From a virus (taxonomy: Duplodnaviria > Caudoviricetes), in IMG/VR virus record IMGVR_UViG_3300037761_000253, positions 1 to 25,087 of that record: a DNA stretch of 25,087 nucleotides; one strand, written 5' to 3'. The notes under the pieces were generated by a model. The model ran no database searches. It saw only the letters and a list, made by a program, of their open reading frames with translations, and had not been told where the DNA came from. The position numbers were made by a program, and so were the translations under genes. Positions 23,565 to 25,087 of the stretch are shown in pieces (position 1 is the stretch's first letter; every line of letters begins with the position of its first letter).

Positions 23565-24386
23565 TCAGGTGAAGCAGTAGCCGGAGTCACAGGCACCATC
23601 GGCTTCGTCGAACATCGGCAGCAGGTCCACGCCGTCCGGGATGGCCTGCCGCAACGGCTTGTTGAACCGGGTCAGATAGACGTGGTCCTTGCCCAGCTCG
23701 TCACGGCGCTCGTTCAGCAACTCTTCGAGCTGGCACGACTTCTCGAACAGCTCCGGCTCGTCGCGGCGTTGGTCGTGCCATGTCTCCGGCCGGTGGAACG
23801 GGCAGAACCAGCACGACGACTTCGGCGGTACGGGCAGCCCGGCCTCGCGGATGACCCGCGCACAGTCGGTACGCCTCAGCCCGAGGTCGAGGAGCGGGTA
23901 CGTGATGACCTCGTGCGGCTCGGTGCGCCGGTTGTTCGCGCGCTGGATCTCGTCGACCGAGATACCGATGCCGATCGTTGCCGGGGCCGCTGCGGTTGCG
24001 CCGCGCCGCTTCAGTTCCTTCCCGATCACCTTGATTTTGAAGTCGGCGGTGCACGACCGCTGGCCGGGCGCCCCGTTGGACATGCGGACCGGTATGGGCA
24101 GCGAGCGGGAGCCCTCGCGGGTGAGGCGGCCCAACAGTGTCTCGACGCTGCCGTCGCGCTTCACCCGGTCCAGGACGGTCAGCTCTATGCCGTGTTCGGC
24201 AGCGAACGGGCGGGCGTACTCCTCGACGTATCGGAGGGTGGCCGGGTTCTCGCTGTCGTCGCCGACGTTGGCCATGAGGAACAGGCGGAAGTCGATGCGC
24301 TCCTGTGCGGCGAGGACGAGGAGGGCGGTGGACTGGACGCCCCCCCCGTAGCTGATGGAGCGGATTTCTGGCGGTCGGTCGGTCAT
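23565..24386 (-). CDS. PAPS-reductase-like PP-loop (adenine nucleotide alpha hydrolase) protein, 273 aa
   Basis: ISYGGGVQST PP-loop, ANVGDDSENP, RSCTADFKI, IGISVDE, YPL, PPKSSCWFCPFH, terminal CDSGYCF. Confidence 0.82.
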   Translation of the reverse strand: MTDRPPEIRSISYGGGVQSTALLVLAAQERIDFRLFLMANVGDDSENPATLRYVEEYARPFAAEHGIELTVLDRVKRDGSVETLLGRLTREGSRSLPIPVRMSNGAPGQRSCTADFKIKVIGKELKRRGATAAAPATIGIGISVDEIQRANNRRTEPHEVITYPLLDLGLRRTDCARVIREAGLPVPPKSSCWFCPFHRPETWHDQRRDEPELFEKSCQLEELLNERRDELGKDHVYLTRFNKPLRQAIPDGVDLLPMFDEADGACDSGYCFT

Positions 24387-24426
24387 GTGCTGCTCCTGGG
24401 TGTGTGCGGGCCGGACGGAACCGGAT

Positions 24427-24837
24427 TCAGGCGGGGGTGGCGGCGGGCTGGTTGACGAGGCAGACCAAGACCGCCGCGTGACAGTGGTCCGGCTCGCCGT
24501 CGGCAGGCAGCGGACACCAGCAGGTGAGATCACGGCCGTGGAGGAGGGCGCGGAACAGGCGCAGGGTGTCGGCCTGCTCGGGCAGGTTGATCCAGACGCG
24601 GTAAGCCTCAGTGGCGTACCGGCGGGCCTCAAAGTGGTTGTGGAAGGTGCCGACGCTGCCGCCGTTGTCGCCGAACTGGACGGCCCAGCCGTTGTTCTGG
24701 CGGACGAGGCGGTACGGGTTGCCGAAGCGGGTGGGGCGTCCGACGTAGGTCGAGTTGGGGGGTGTGCGGTAGCCGCGGGTTCGTCGGCGTTGGATGCGAC
24801 GGGGCTGCTGGTCGTGGGTTTGGGGTGTGGTGGTCAT
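24427..24837 (-). CDS. DUF4326-like protein
   Basis: RIQRRRTRG..YVGRPTRFGNPY...LHGRDLTCWCP...CHAAVL. Confidence 0.82.
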   Translation of the reverse strand: MTTTPQTHDQQPRRIQRRRTRGYRTPPNSTYVGRPTRFGNPYRLVRQNNGWAVQFGDNGGSVGTFHNHFEARRYATEAYRVWINLPEQADTLRLFRALLHGRDLTCWCPLPADGEPDHCHAAVLVCLVNQPAATPA

Positions 24838-24881
24838 GGGTTTTCCTCGCGCGGTGGTGATCATTTGGGGCGCGTGATCGG

Positions 24882-25070
24882 TTAGGCGGCGTCGGGTTGG
24901 CGGATGAGGCGGAGGTGGCGGGGGTCGTCTTGCCAGTGCCAGCCGTCGAGGGCTTCGAGGAGAGCGGTTTGGTGGGCGGCTTGTTGGGTGGGGGTCCATG
25001 TGGGGCGGGGGTCTGCGGGTTCGGGGCGGGTGGGGATGGCTTCGGCGAGGAGGCGTTCGTACGGGTTCAT
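24882..25070 (-). CDS. Hypothetical protein, 62 aa
   Basis: ORF track; MNPYERLLAEAIPT... Confidence 0.55.
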   Translation of the reverse strand: MNPYERLLAEAIPTRPEPADPRPTWTPTQQAAHQTALLEALDGWHWQDDPRHLRLIRQPDAA

Positions 25071-25087
25071 GCGACGGTCTCGGCTTC

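Larger units (their letters stand above)
1..25087. mobile_element. Actinobacterial temperate phage/prophage (partial) carrying a TraB/Spd-like transfer cassette
   Basis: Terminase and portal, dense small coupled ORFs, phage accessory families, no housekeeping genes; boundaries lie outside the window. Confidence 0.88.

Overview
High-GC, actinobacterial (probably Streptomyces-like; host is inferred) temperate phage or prophage segment. The minus strand carries a DNA-packaging module: small terminase, large terminase, a small membrane protein and a portal fused to a MuF/gp7-like minor head domain. This module ends head-on against a plus-strand run of small, translationally coupled accessory genes led by a Dam-type N6-adenine methyltransferase and a PD-(D/E)XK-like ORF. 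Upstream of the terminase lie many accessory genes: stand-alone WYL, two ribbon-helix-helix repressors with divergent operator palindromes, endonuclease VII-like, HIT, PAPS-reductase-like, DUF4326-like and mosaic Zn-finger proteins. Most notable is a Streptomyces plasmid/AICE-style transfer cassette (FtsK/TraB translocase, Spd-like membrane/HTH protein, small membrane proteins, divergent HTH regulator). Its coding DNA is densely overprinted by a bidirectional YGRACC/GGTYCR motif. No integrase, replicase, capsid, tail, tRNA/rRNA or CRISPR array was recognised. All family calls are from motifs read by eye; no database search was run.
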